This document shows positions 7,440 to 15,372 of a DNA stretch of 64,000 bases, one piece after another; the first letter of the stretch is position 1; every line of letters starts with the position of its first letter. The stretch spans positions 25,699-89,698 of the forward strand of contig WGNE01000019.1 in assembly GCA_016124645.1 (NCBI GenBank), given 5' to 3'. The position numbers and the translations under genes are program-made. Source of the DNA: Alphaproteobacteria bacterium. GTDB taxonomy: Bacteria > Pseudomonadota > Alphaproteobacteria > Micavibrionales > UBA2020. A model generated the notes under the pieces. It made no database searches. It saw only the letters and a list, made by a program, of their open reading frames with translations, and had not been told where the DNA came from.

Positions 7440-9761
7440 ATGCTGTCACGCAATCTCGAACAGACCCTGCACCGCGCGCTGGCCTATGCCAATGCGCGCC
7501 ATCATGAATTCGCCACGCTCGAGCACCTGCTGCTCGCGCTGACGGAAGATCAGGACGCCGTCGCCGTCATGCGCGCCTGCGGGGTGGATCTCGACCTTTT
7601 GCGGCAGGAGCTGCAGCACTACGTGGACGTCGAGCTGCAAAACCTCGTCCACCCGGCCTCGGACGAGGCCAAGCCGACCTCCAGCTTCCAGCGCGTCCTG
7701 CAGCGCGCCGCCATCCACGTGCAGTCCTCCGGCCGGGAAGAGGTGACGGGGGCCAACGTGCTCGTCGCCCTGTTCTCCGAGCGCGAGAGCAACGCCGTCT
7801 ATTTCCTGCAGGAACAGGAGATGACGCGCTTCGACGCCGTCAACTACATCTCCCACGGCATCGCCAAGGTGCCGGGCCAGACCGAAAGCCGCCCCGTCCA
7901 CGGCGCGGACGAGGAGATGGGCGAGGAAAACGTCATCAAGAAGGGGCGCGAGGCGCTGGACGCCTATTGCATCAACCTCAACAACAAGGCGATCAAGGGC
8001 CGGATCGACCCGCTCATCGGGCGGGAGGAGGAGGTCGAGCGCACCATTCAGGTGCTCTGCCGCCGTTCCAAGAACAACCCGCTCTACGTCGGCGACCCCG
8101 GCGTGGGCAAGACCGCCATCGCCGAAGGGCTCGCCCGCCGCATCACGGAGGGCAAGGTGCCCGAGGTGCTCAAAGACGCCACCATCTACGCGCTCGACAT
8201 GGGCGCGCTGCTGGCCGGCACGCGCTACCGCGGCGATTTCGAGGAACGCATCAAGTCGGTGCTGACCGAGCTCGAGGGCATCGAGCACGCGGTGCTCTTC
8301 ATCGACGAGATCCATACCGTCATCGGCGCGGGGGCGACCTCGGGCGGGGCGATGGACGCGTCCAACCTGTTGAAGCCTTCGCTTTCCAGCGGCACGCTGC
8401 GCTGCATCGGCTCCACCACCTACAAGGAATACCGCAACCACTTCGAGAAGGACCGCGCCCTCGTGCGCCGCTTCCAGAAGATCGACGTGAAGGAGCCCTC
8501 GCTCGACGACGCGGTGCGCATCCTGAAGGGGCTCAAGCCCTATTACGAGGAACACCACAAGGTGAAATACACCGACGAGGCGCTGCACGCCGCGGTCGAT
8601 CTTTCCGCGCGCTACATCGGCGACCGCAAGCTGCCCGACAAGGCCATCGACGTCATCGACGAGGCGGGCGCGGCGCAGATGCTGCTGCCCGAGGACAAGC
8701 GCAAGAAGACCATCGGCCTGAAGGACATCGAGGCGACGGTCGCGAAGATCGCGCGCATCCCGCCCAAGACGATGAACAAGGACGACCGCGAGGCGTTGTC
8801 AAACCTCGAGCGCGACCTGCGCACCATGGTTTTCGGGCAGGATCAGGCGATCGAGGCGATTTCCTCGGCCATCAAGCTGTCGCGCGCGGGGCTGCGCGAG
8901 CCGGAAAAGCCCATCGGCAGCTATCTGTTCTCCGGTCCGACGGGCGTGGGCAAGACGGAAGTCGCAAGGCAGCTCGCGAAAACGCTGGGGCTCGAGCTCA
9001 TCCGCTTCGACATGTCGGAATACATGGAGCGTCATTCGGTTTCCCGCCTCATCGGGGCGCCGCCGGGCTACGTCGGCTTCGACCAAGGGGGGCTCTTGAC
9101 CGACAAGATCGACCAGCACCCGCACAGCGTCGTGCTGCTCGACGAGATCGAGAAGGCGCACCCCGACCTCTACAATATCCTCTTGCAGGTCATGGACTAC
9201 GGCAAGATCACCGACAACAACGGCAAGACCATCGATTGCCGCAACATCATCCTCATCATGACGACCAACGCGGGCGCGGCGGAGCTGGCGAAGGCCTCCA
9301 TCGGCTTCGGCCGCACCATGCGCGACGGCGACGACGAAGAGGCGATCAACCGCACCTTCTCGCCCGAGTTCCGCAACCGGCTGGACGCCATCATCCCCTT
9401 CCGCGGCCTTTCGCCCGAAACCATCGGCCGCGTGGTGGACAAGTTCATCATGCAGCTCGAGGCGCAGCTGGGCGACCGCGGCGTGAGCATCGAGCTGACC
9501 GAGGCCGCCCGCCGCTGGCTGGGCGAAAAGGGCTACGACGCCGCCATGGGCGCCCGCCCGCTGGCGCGCACGATACAAGAGCACGTCAAGAAGCCGCTGG
9601 CCGAAGAACTTTTGTTCGGCCGCCTGACCAAGGGCGGCGCGGTGCGGCTGGACCTGAAGGACGGCAAGCTCGTCTTCGACTACCCGCCGCAGAAATCCGG
9701 CAAGCCGGGCAAGAAGTCCGGCGCGGCGAAAAAGCCTTCCGAACCCGAACACGTAAAGTAG
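7440..9761 (+). CDS. clpA: ATP-dependent Clp protease ATP-binding subunit ClpA
   Basis: 773 aa. Clp_N repeats at the N-terminus and two AAA+ modules (GDPGVGKTAI, GPTGVGKTEVARQLA). Confidence 0.95.
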   Translation: MLSRNLEQTLHRALAYANARHHEFATLEHLLLALTEDQDAVAVMRACGVDLDLLRQELQHYVDVELQNLVHPASDEAKPTSSFQRVLQRAAIHVQSSGREEVTGANVLVALFSERESNAVYFLQEQEMTRFDAVNYISHGIAKVPGQTESRPVHGADEEMGEENVIKKGREALDAYCINLNNKAIKGRIDPLIGREEEVERTIQVLCRRSKNNPLYVGDPGVGKTAIAEGLARRITEGKVPEVLKDATIYALDMGALLAGTRYRGDFEERIKSVLTELEGIEHAVLFIDEIHTVIGAGATSGGAMDASNLLKPSLSSGTLRCIGSTTYKEYRNHFEKDRALVRRFQKIDVKEPSLDDAVRILKGLKPYYEEHHKVKYTDEALHAAVDLSARYIGDRKLPDKAIDVIDEAGAAQMLLPEDKRKKTIGLKDIEATVAKIARIPPKTMNKDDREALSNLERDLRTMVFGQDQAIEAISSAIKLSRAGLREPEKPIGSYLFSGPTGVGKTEVARQLAKTLGLELIRFDMSEYMERHSVSRLIGAPPGYVGFDQGGLLTDKIDQHPHSVVLLDEIEKAHPDLYNILLQVMDYGKITDNNGKTIDCRNIILIMTTNAGAAELAKASIGFGRTMRDGDDEEAINRTFSPEFRNRLDAIIPFRGLSPETIGRVVDKFIMQLEAQLGDRGVSIELTEAARRWLGEKGYDAAMGARPLARTIQEHVKKPLAEELLFGRLTKGGAVRLDLKDGKLVFDYPPQKSGKPGKKSGAAKKPSEPEHVK

Positions 9762-9767
9762 GACACC

Positions 9768-10685
9768 ATGATCGCAGAAAGCCGCAGCCATATATTGGTC
9801 GTGGAGGCCAACGACGTCACGCGCAAGCTGATCATCGGCATCCTCAACAACAAGGGCTATGAAACCTACGAGGCCACCAACGGCGACGAGGCGGTGAACT
9901 TCCTCGCGAAAAAGCCGCTGCTCGTCATCCTCGACGTCGAGGGCGAGAACGTCGATAACATCGGGTTCATCCGCAAGATGCAGATGGAGCACCGCAAGGT
10001 GCCGCTCGTCGCCATGCTGGAGGGGGCGGACCGCGAATCCGTCCGCGCGCGGCTCGACATGCCCAACGTCTCCTTCCTTGAAAAGCCGGTCATGCCCAAC
10101 ACGCTGCTCGAGAACATCGAGGGCCACCTGATGCCCGGCGTGGAAGAGGCGATACGGGCGGAGGAAGAGGCGAAGTTCCTGCCCGAAACCGTGGCCGCCA
10201 CGGCCGAAGTGCAGGCGCAGCGCGAAGGCTTCATGCGCCGCGCCATCGACCTCTCGCAGATCAAGATGGACGAGAACTGCGGCGGGCCCTTCGGTGCGGT
10301 CATCGTGCGCGCGGGCAAGATCATCGCCGAGGGCTGGAACTGCGTGACCTCCACCAACGACCCCACCGCGCACGCGGAAATGGTCGCCATCCGCGCCGCG
10401 GCGAAGGAAGTCGGCGACTTCACGCTGGAAGGCTGCGAGATCTACACGAGCTGCGAGCCCTGCCCGATGTGCCTCGCCGCCATCTACTGGGCGCGGCTGG
10501 ACCGCATGTTCTACGCCAATATGCGCGAGGACGCCGAGCGCATCGGCTTCGACGACGCCTTCCTCTACAACGAAATTTCCCTGCCGGAACACAAGCGGCA
10601 GCTTCCCACGCAGCGCATGCTGCGCGAGGAGGCGCGCATCGTCTTCGACAACTGGATGAAAAAGCCGGACAAGACGGATTACTAG
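9768..10685 (+). CDS. Response-regulator receiver domain fused to a guanine deaminase (CDA-fold, Bacillus GuaD type)
   Basis: 305 aa. REC part: HILVVEANDVTRK...LLVILDVEG...FLEKPV. Deaminase part: GGPFGAVIV, TNDPTAHAEMVAIR (HAE zinc/catalytic motif), YTSCEPCPMCLAAIYWAR (PCxxC), GFDDAFLY. It starts 6 nt after the clpA stop. Confidence 0.85.
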   Translation: MIAESRSHILVVEANDVTRKLIIGILNNKGYETYEATNGDEAVNFLAKKPLLVILDVEGENVDNIGFIRKMQMEHRKVPLVAMLEGADRESVRARLDMPNVSFLEKPVMPNTLLENIEGHLMPGVEEAIRAEEEAKFLPETVAATAEVQAQREGFMRRAIDLSQIKMDENCGGPFGAVIVRAGKIIAEGWNCVTSTNDPTAHAEMVAIRAAAKEVGDFTLEGCEIYTSCEPCPMCLAAIYWARLDRMFYANMREDAERIGFDDAFLYNEISLPEHKRQLPTQRMLREEARIVFDNWMKKPDKTDY

Positions 10686-10712
10686 CGGTCTGCCGAAAAG
10701 CGCCCCTTCGTT

Positions 10713-10736
10713 CCCTCTCCCGCAGGCGGGAGAGGG
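10713..10736. repeat. GC-rich palindromic element, family B, copy 1
   Basis: Sequence CCCTCTCCCGCagGCGGGAGAGGG, followed by the related arm ttagggagcgggga. Confidence 0.55.
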
Positions 10737-10817
10737 TTAGGGAGCGGGGATCGGAAAAACGGAAAAGTTGAAAAATGCTTGCAGGTACCGAACATCTTGA
10801 AAACCACCCTCTCCCCC

Positions 10818-10850
10818 GCCCTCTCCCGCAAGCGGGAGAGGGGGCTTTTT
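10818..10850 (+). terminator. GC-rich palindromic element, family B, copy 2, with a T-tract (terminator-like)
   Basis: Sequence CCCTCTCCCGCaaGCGGGAGAGGG followed by ggcttttt. It is preceded by the related arm ccctctcccccgc. It has the same stem as copy 1, 105 bp upstream. Confidence 0.5.
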
Positions 10851-10917
10851 GCGCGTTTTTCCTGTTTTGCGGCGGACTGCCGGGGATTTTCACCATACCG
10901 AACCGGAGGACTGAAAC

Positions 10918-11610
10918 ATGAAATGCGAAATCATCGGCGACACCGCCTTTCCCATGCTGCGCGCCGAACTCGGCAAGGGCGAGAGCATCAAGGCCGAATC
11001 CGGCGCGATGGTCGCGATGTCGGACACCGTCCACCTGACGGGCAAGGCCGAGGGCGGCATCGGCAAGGCGCTGGGGCGCATGCTTTTGACGCGCGAGAGC
11101 TTCTTCTTGCAAAACCTGCACGCCAAGGAAGGCCCGGGCTGGTGCCTGCTGGCCAGCGCGACGCCGGGCGAGATCGCGGCGGTCGAGGTCGAGCAGGGAC
11201 GCCACCTCGTCGTGCAAAAGGGCGGCTTCCTCGCCGGCACGACGGGCATCGAGGTCGCGAGCAAGATGCAGGGGCTCGGCAAGGGGCTGATGTCGGGCGA
11301 GGGCTTCTTCGTCGTGAAGATCGGCGGCCACGGCACGGTCTATCTGGCCACCTACGGCTCCATCTACCCCCTGACGCTGGGCAAGGGGGAGGAGGTCGTC
11401 ATCGACAACGGCCACCTCGTCGCCTGGGACGGCGACATGCAGTACAAGATCACCAAGGGCGCGAAAAGCTGGATGGGCGCGATGTTCACCACCGGCGAGG
11501 GGCTGGCCTGCCGCTTTTACGGGCCGGGCCGCGTGCTGATCCAGACGCGCAACCCGCAACAGCTGGGTGCGTGGATATCGCCCTATATCATCTTCCCGCG
11601 GCGCGGATAG
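10918..11610 (+). CDS. AIM24 / TIGR00266 (DUF124) family protein
   Basis: 230 aa. Family-typical N-terminus MKCEIIGDTAFPMLRAELGKGESIKAESGAMVAMS and a glycine-rich core. Confidence 0.8.
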   Translation: MKCEIIGDTAFPMLRAELGKGESIKAESGAMVAMSDTVHLTGKAEGGIGKALGRMLLTRESFFLQNLHAKEGPGWCLLASATPGEIAAVEVEQGRHLVVQKGGFLAGTTGIEVASKMQGLGKGLMSGEGFFVVKIGGHGTVYLATYGSIYPLTLGKGEEVVIDNGHLVAWDGDMQYKITKGAKSWMGAMFTTGEGLACRFYGPGRVLIQTRNPQQLGAWISPYIIFPRRG

Positions 11611-11727
11611 GGCGCGAAAGCGCCGTTGCGAAACAAGTATTTGAAAACAATAATTTTTATCACTAGAATGAAACGCAAAGGGTCAGAAAGCCGCCGTCGC
11701 GGCGGCGCCGTTTTTCAGGGGGATTGC

Positions 11728-12942
11728 ATGCACAGGTTTTTCGGACGTCAGGTCATCGCGGCGGCGCGCGGCGCGTCGCGCATAAGAACGGCCGGTATCG
11801 CCGCCGTCTTTCTTGCGCTGGCCTTCTGCCCGCAGGCGCAGGCGGCGGGCAACGCGCCCTCGACGGCGGCCCCCGCCCAGCCCGCCGCCCAGCAACAGGA
11901 CCAGCCCGCGCCCGTCCGTTTCCGCGAATTCGACATCACCCGGCCCTTCCGCGCGGTGGATCCGCAGACGCTCAGGGCCGAGGGGCTGTTCATCCACCTC
12001 TGGGGCATCCGCCCCGCGCAGACCTCCGAAACGCCGCTGCAGCTCAAGGCGCTGGACCTCATGGACAGCCTCATTCAGGAACAGCGCGTGACCTGCCACG
12101 TCGTCGGCGGCGCCATGCCCGAGCTCGTCGCGCGCTGCGCCACGCAGAACAACCAGGACCTCGCGCTCGAGCTTTTGCGCGCGGGCTTCGCGGTGGTCGA
12201 TCGCCGCCAGACCTATGATTCCGTCTTCGCCACCGCCTATGAAAAGGCGCAGGAAAGCGCGCGTCTGGCCAGCAAGGGCGTCTGGACCTACGTCAACCAG
12301 GAAAACAGCGACAAGAACAGCCTCATCCCCGCGTGGCTCAAGCCGCATATGGACGTGCTGCTGCCCGTCGCCATCATCTTCTTCCCCTTCGGCGGGATGA
12401 TGATCGTGGCGCTCATCATGTGGTACTGGCTGAAACGCATGGCCGACCTGCAGCAGATGGAAGCCGAGCAGTCGAGCCGCAAGGAGGAGATGCTCCAGAC
12501 CCGCGAGCGGCAGGTGCTGGTCTCCACCCTCGAGGGCGAGCTCATCGAGAACAAGAACAAGATCGAGGCCTTCCTCGTCATCTACGGCGACATGCTGCGC
12601 TCGCTGCAGGACAGCAGCGAAGTGCCCAAATACCAGCAGGGCGGCGACATCGTGCAAAAGCACCCCGGTTTCGGCCGCACGGTGTTCGAAACGAACGTCG
12701 GCAAGCTGTCCCTGCTCGACATCAAGCTGGCGGGGCTGATCTCCAAGCTCTACAGCTCGATGCCCAAGGAGCAGGAATACATCAACCTCGAGCCCGACGT
12801 GCCGCTGGACACCGCCATCAAGCTGGTGGAAAAGGTGCTGAAGGAGGCCGAGGAGCTGCTCAAGCCGATCAACCTCGTCATCGAGCGCCTGCAGGGCGGC
12901 GGGTCGGAACGCAAGGCCCGCGCGCCGCAGCCGCCGCAATAA
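11728..12942 (+). CDS. Membrane protein with an N-terminal exported thermonuclease (SNase)-like domain, one TM helix and a C-terminal coiled-coil region
   Basis: Start at ATG 11728, with AGGGGG 6 nt upstream. Signal-like AAVFLALAFCPQAQA. SNase-like pattern LFIHLWGIRPAQ...RVTCHVVG...ARCATQNNQDLALELLRAGFAVV...YEKAQESARLASKGVW. TM segment VLLPVAIIFFPFGGMMIVALIMWYWL. The domain call rests on pattern only. Confidence 0.5.
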   Translation: MHRFFGRQVIAAARGASRIRTAGIAAVFLALAFCPQAQAAGNAPSTAAPAQPAAQQQDQPAPVRFREFDITRPFRAVDPQTLRAEGLFIHLWGIRPAQTSETPLQLKALDLMDSLIQEQRVTCHVVGGAMPELVARCATQNNQDLALELLRAGFAVVDRRQTYDSVFATAYEKAQESARLASKGVWTYVNQENSDKNSLIPAWLKPHMDVLLPVAIIFFPFGGMMIVALIMWYWLKRMADLQQMEAEQSSRKEEMLQTRERQVLVSTLEGELIENKNKIEAFLVIYGDMLRSLQDSSEVPKYQQGGDIVQKHPGFGRTVFETNVGKLSLLDIKLAGLISKLYSSMPKEQEYINLEPDVPLDTAIKLVEKVLKEAEELLKPINLVIERLQGGGSERKARAPQPPQ

Positions 12943-12964
12943 GCCGTTTTTCCGGGGAAATCCC

Positions 12965-13639
12965 TTACGCCGCCTTGCGCGCGGCGTCAACCGTTTCGCG
13001 CGCCTTTTGCACCACGTCCTCGAACATCTGCGTCGTCAGCCGCCCGGTGTTCACGTTGTAGCGCGAGCAATGATAGCTGTCGATGAGCGTGACGGGATGC
13101 TTCAGCCCCTTTTCGGGGCGCAGCGCGTGGATATTCGCATGGCCGAACTTGTACGCCGTCGCCTTGAGCCCCAGCGCGCGCAGCAGGCTGTTGTGCGCGA
13201 TGGTGCCGAGCGCGATGACCGCCGAGAGATTGTCAAGGCTTGCGAATTCCGCCGTCAGGAAGGGACGGCAGGCGTTGATCTCCGCGCCCACCGGCTTGTT
13301 TTGCGGGGGCACGCAGCGCACGGCGTTGGTGATGCGCGCGTCGATGAGCGTGAGTCCGTCGTCGATGCGGCGGTCGAATGTTCCTTTCGCGAAACCGTAT
13401 TTGACCAGCGTGGGGTAAAGCAGGTCGCCCGCGTAGTCGCCCGTGAAGGGGCGCCCGGTGAAATTCGCCCCGCGCAGCCCCGGCGCCAGCCCCACGACCA
13501 GCAGCGCGGGAGCCTTGTCGCCGAAGGACGGCACAGGCGCGTTGAACTTGTCCGGGAAGGCGCGGCGGTTTTCCTCGCGGAATTGCGCGAGACGCGGGCA
13601 GAGCGGGCAGTTTTTATCCGGTGATGTGCAAGAAGCCAT
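12965..13639 (-). CDS. Uracil-DNA glycosylase, Fe-S type (family 4/5, UdgB-like)
   Basis: 224 aa. N-terminal Cys motif CPLCPRL. Active-site region GLAPGLRGANFTGRPFTGDYAGDLLY. Confidence 0.8.
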   Translation of the reverse strand: MASCTSPDKNCPLCPRLAQFREENRRAFPDKFNAPVPSFGDKAPALLVVGLAPGLRGANFTGRPFTGDYAGDLLYPTLVKYGFAKGTFDRRIDDGLTLIDARITNAVRCVPPQNKPVGAEINACRPFLTAEFASLDNLSAVIALGTIAHNSLLRALGLKATAYKFGHANIHALRPEKGLKHPVTLIDSYHCSRYNVNTGRLTTQMFEDVVQKARETVDAARKAA

Positions 13640-13699
13640 AAGTGTTCCTTATGGCTTCCTGAATAACAATTGCCCCGCGTCAGGGCAAGGATGTTTTAT

Positions 13700-13751
13700 T
13701 TATGCGCGGATGCGCAGGGTTTTGATTATGCGCGGATGCGCGCGGTGTTGT
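13700..13751. repeat. 26-bp tandem duplication spanning the stop codon of the NYN gene
   Basis: Units 13700-13725 and 13726-13751. The first 16 nt (ttatgcgcggatgcgc) are identical, and overall identity is about 22/26. Unit 2 encodes the ...ARIRA-stop end of the gene. Unit 1 lies in the 3' UTR. Confidence 0.6.
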
Positions 13752-14352
13752 CGTCCGCGTTCTGGTTGCCGTTGCCGGTGTTGTTGTTGCCCGTGCGCTC
13801 GATGTATTCCATGAGATCGACGAGGTCGATGAAATGGTCGGCCTGACGGCGCAGCTCGTCCGCCACCATCGGGGGCTGGGTGCGGATGGTCGAGACCACC
13901 GTGATGCGCGCGCCCTTGCGCTGCACCGATTCCAGCAGGCGGCGGAAATCGCCGTCGCCCGAGAACAGCACGATGTGATCGACGTGGTCGGCCAGTTCCA
14001 TCATGTCGATGGCCAGCTCGATGTCCATGTTGCCCTTGACCTTGCGGCGGCCGCTCTGGTCGGTGAATTCCTTGGCGGGCTTGGTGACCATGGTATAGCC
14101 GTTGTAGTACGGACAGTCGGTGAGCGGGCGGATGGGGGAATATTCCTGGTCCTCCATCAGCGCGGTGTAGTAGAAGGCGCGCACAAGGCGGCTCTGGCTG
14201 GAAATCCAGCTCAGCAGGCGCTTGTAGTCGATGTCGAAATCGAGGCTCTTGGCCGCGGCGTAAAGGTTCGCTCCGTCGATGAAGACCGCCAGTTTTTCTT
14301 CGTCATAAAAGAATTTCGAGCCGAAAGGCTCCGAATTGTCCTTGTTTTTCAA
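13726..14352 (-). CDS. NYN / LabA-like domain protein
   Basis: 208 aa: KLAVFIDGANLYAAAKSLDFDIDYKRLL ... IVLFSGDGDFRRLLESVQRKGARITVVS. Confidence 0.75.
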   Translation of the reverse strand: MKNKDNSEPFGSKFFYDEEKLAVFIDGANLYAAAKSLDFDIDYKRLLSWISSQSRLVRAFYYTALMEDQEYSPIRPLTDCPYYNGYTMVTKPAKEFTDQSGRRKVKGNMDIELAIDMMELADHVDHIVLFSGDGDFRRLLESVQRKGARITVVSTIRTQPPMVADELRRQADHFIDLVDLMEYIERTGNNNTGNGNQNADDNTARIRA

Positions 14353-14502
14353 GATTATTTACTCCCGGTGCTCTTCCGGCGTTCCTCCGCCGGGTTCTTC
14401 GTTATTATTTTTCGGTCGCCGCGCCTGCCGCGATTGTGTTAGATGAACACCAGAGACTCGCAGCCCAACATACGGGACGATGATTTTTTTAGTATGATTA
14501 AG

Positions 14503-14515
14503 TTGACAGTGTCAA
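14503..14515. promoter_or_regulatory. Perfect palindrome TTGACAgTGTCAA (face-to-face -35-like hexamers or an operator)
   Basis: Seen directly in the 333-bp divergent NYN/rpoZ intergenic region. It reads TTGACA on both strands. Confidence 0.25.
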
Positions 14516-14579
14516 GCTGTTTTATTAAAAATACATCTGGATTTCATCCCGCGGAAATCAAGGGTTGCAGGAAAAAATC

Positions 14580-14608
14580 TTGCAAAATAAAGCTTTGGGT
14601 TTTATAAA
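14580..14608 (+). promoter_or_regulatory. Candidate sigma70-type promoter for rpoZ
   Basis: TTGCAA, a 17-nt spacer, then TATAAA, about 78 nt upstream of the rpoZ ATG. Confidence 0.3.
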
Positions 14609-14685
14609 AAATCCCGTTCCGTCGCGGCGGACATAAACGGCAGACGATTCTCTTGTTCAAACGAAGACACCACAGGTGAGTACAT

Positions 14686-15162
14686 ATGGCACGCGTCACA
14701 GTTGAAGACTGCATCCTGAAAATTCCCAACCGCTTCGAGCTGGTGCTGGTCTCCTCCCAGCGCGCGCGCGAAATCGGTTCCGGCGCCCCCCTGCTGGTCG
14801 ATCGCGACAACGACAAGAACCCCGTCGTCTCGCTGCGCGAAATCGCGGATACCGACATTTCCCTCGAGGATCTGGGCGAAACCCTGATCAAGAACCACCA
14901 GAAAGTCATCGAGCTGGAAGAGGACGAAGAGGAAATCCTTGACGTCATGGAAGGCGAAGCCGAATGGGCGCAGGTCGCCAACCAGGCCGCCGAGGGCGAG
15001 CTGGAAGGCGCGGGCATGAGCGAGGACACGGGCGAAGACGCCGGTGCAGAGACCGCCGCCGCGGATTCGGAAGAGACCGAAGACCAGAGCGTGGAAGATT
15101 CTGTCGCGGAAGACATGGCTTCCGGTATGGATATTGCGGATTTGGGCGAAGAAGACCTCTAA
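14686..15162 (+). CDS. rpoZ: DNA-directed RNA polymerase subunit omega, with a long acidic C-terminal tail
   Basis: [30 protein letters not shown]. It is 158 aa because of a D/E-rich extension. Confidence 0.9.
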   Translation: MARVTVEDCILKIPNRFELVLVSSQRAREIGSGAPLLVDRDNDKNPVVSLREIADTDISLEDLGETLIKNHQKVIELEEDEEEILDVMEGEAEWAQVANQAAEGELEGAGMSEDTGEDAGAETAAADSEETEDQSVEDSVAEDMASGMDIADLGEEDL

Positions 15163-15201
15163 GCCCGCTTTCCCGTCTAAAGACGCTACCAAAATTCGAA
15201 A

Positions 15202-15236
15202 AGCCGCCTATAATTAAACCCTTAGGCGGCTTTTTC
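15202..15236 (+). terminator. Rho-independent terminator-like hairpin between rpoZ and spoT
   Basis: AGCCGCCTA, a 12-nt loop, then TAGGCGGCT followed by TTTTT. Confidence 0.55.
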
Positions 15237-15372
15237 ATTGTCCTCCTTCCTTCAAGCGCCGTCTTGGCCAGCGCCGCGCGCGCCGGATGCGAAAACCGCC
15301 CCTGAAAAAAGCCGCCCCCGGGCATCGCGCATGCCGCGCCCGGCGGGGCATAAAAAAGAACAAGGTGGGTCA

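Noticed and set aside
7446-10592. 380-aa and 597-aa minus-strand ORFs, and the 631-aa plus-strand off-frame ORF
   Set aside because: They overlap clpA and the REC-GuaD gene in other frames. Only the clpA and REC-GuaD frames show family motifs.
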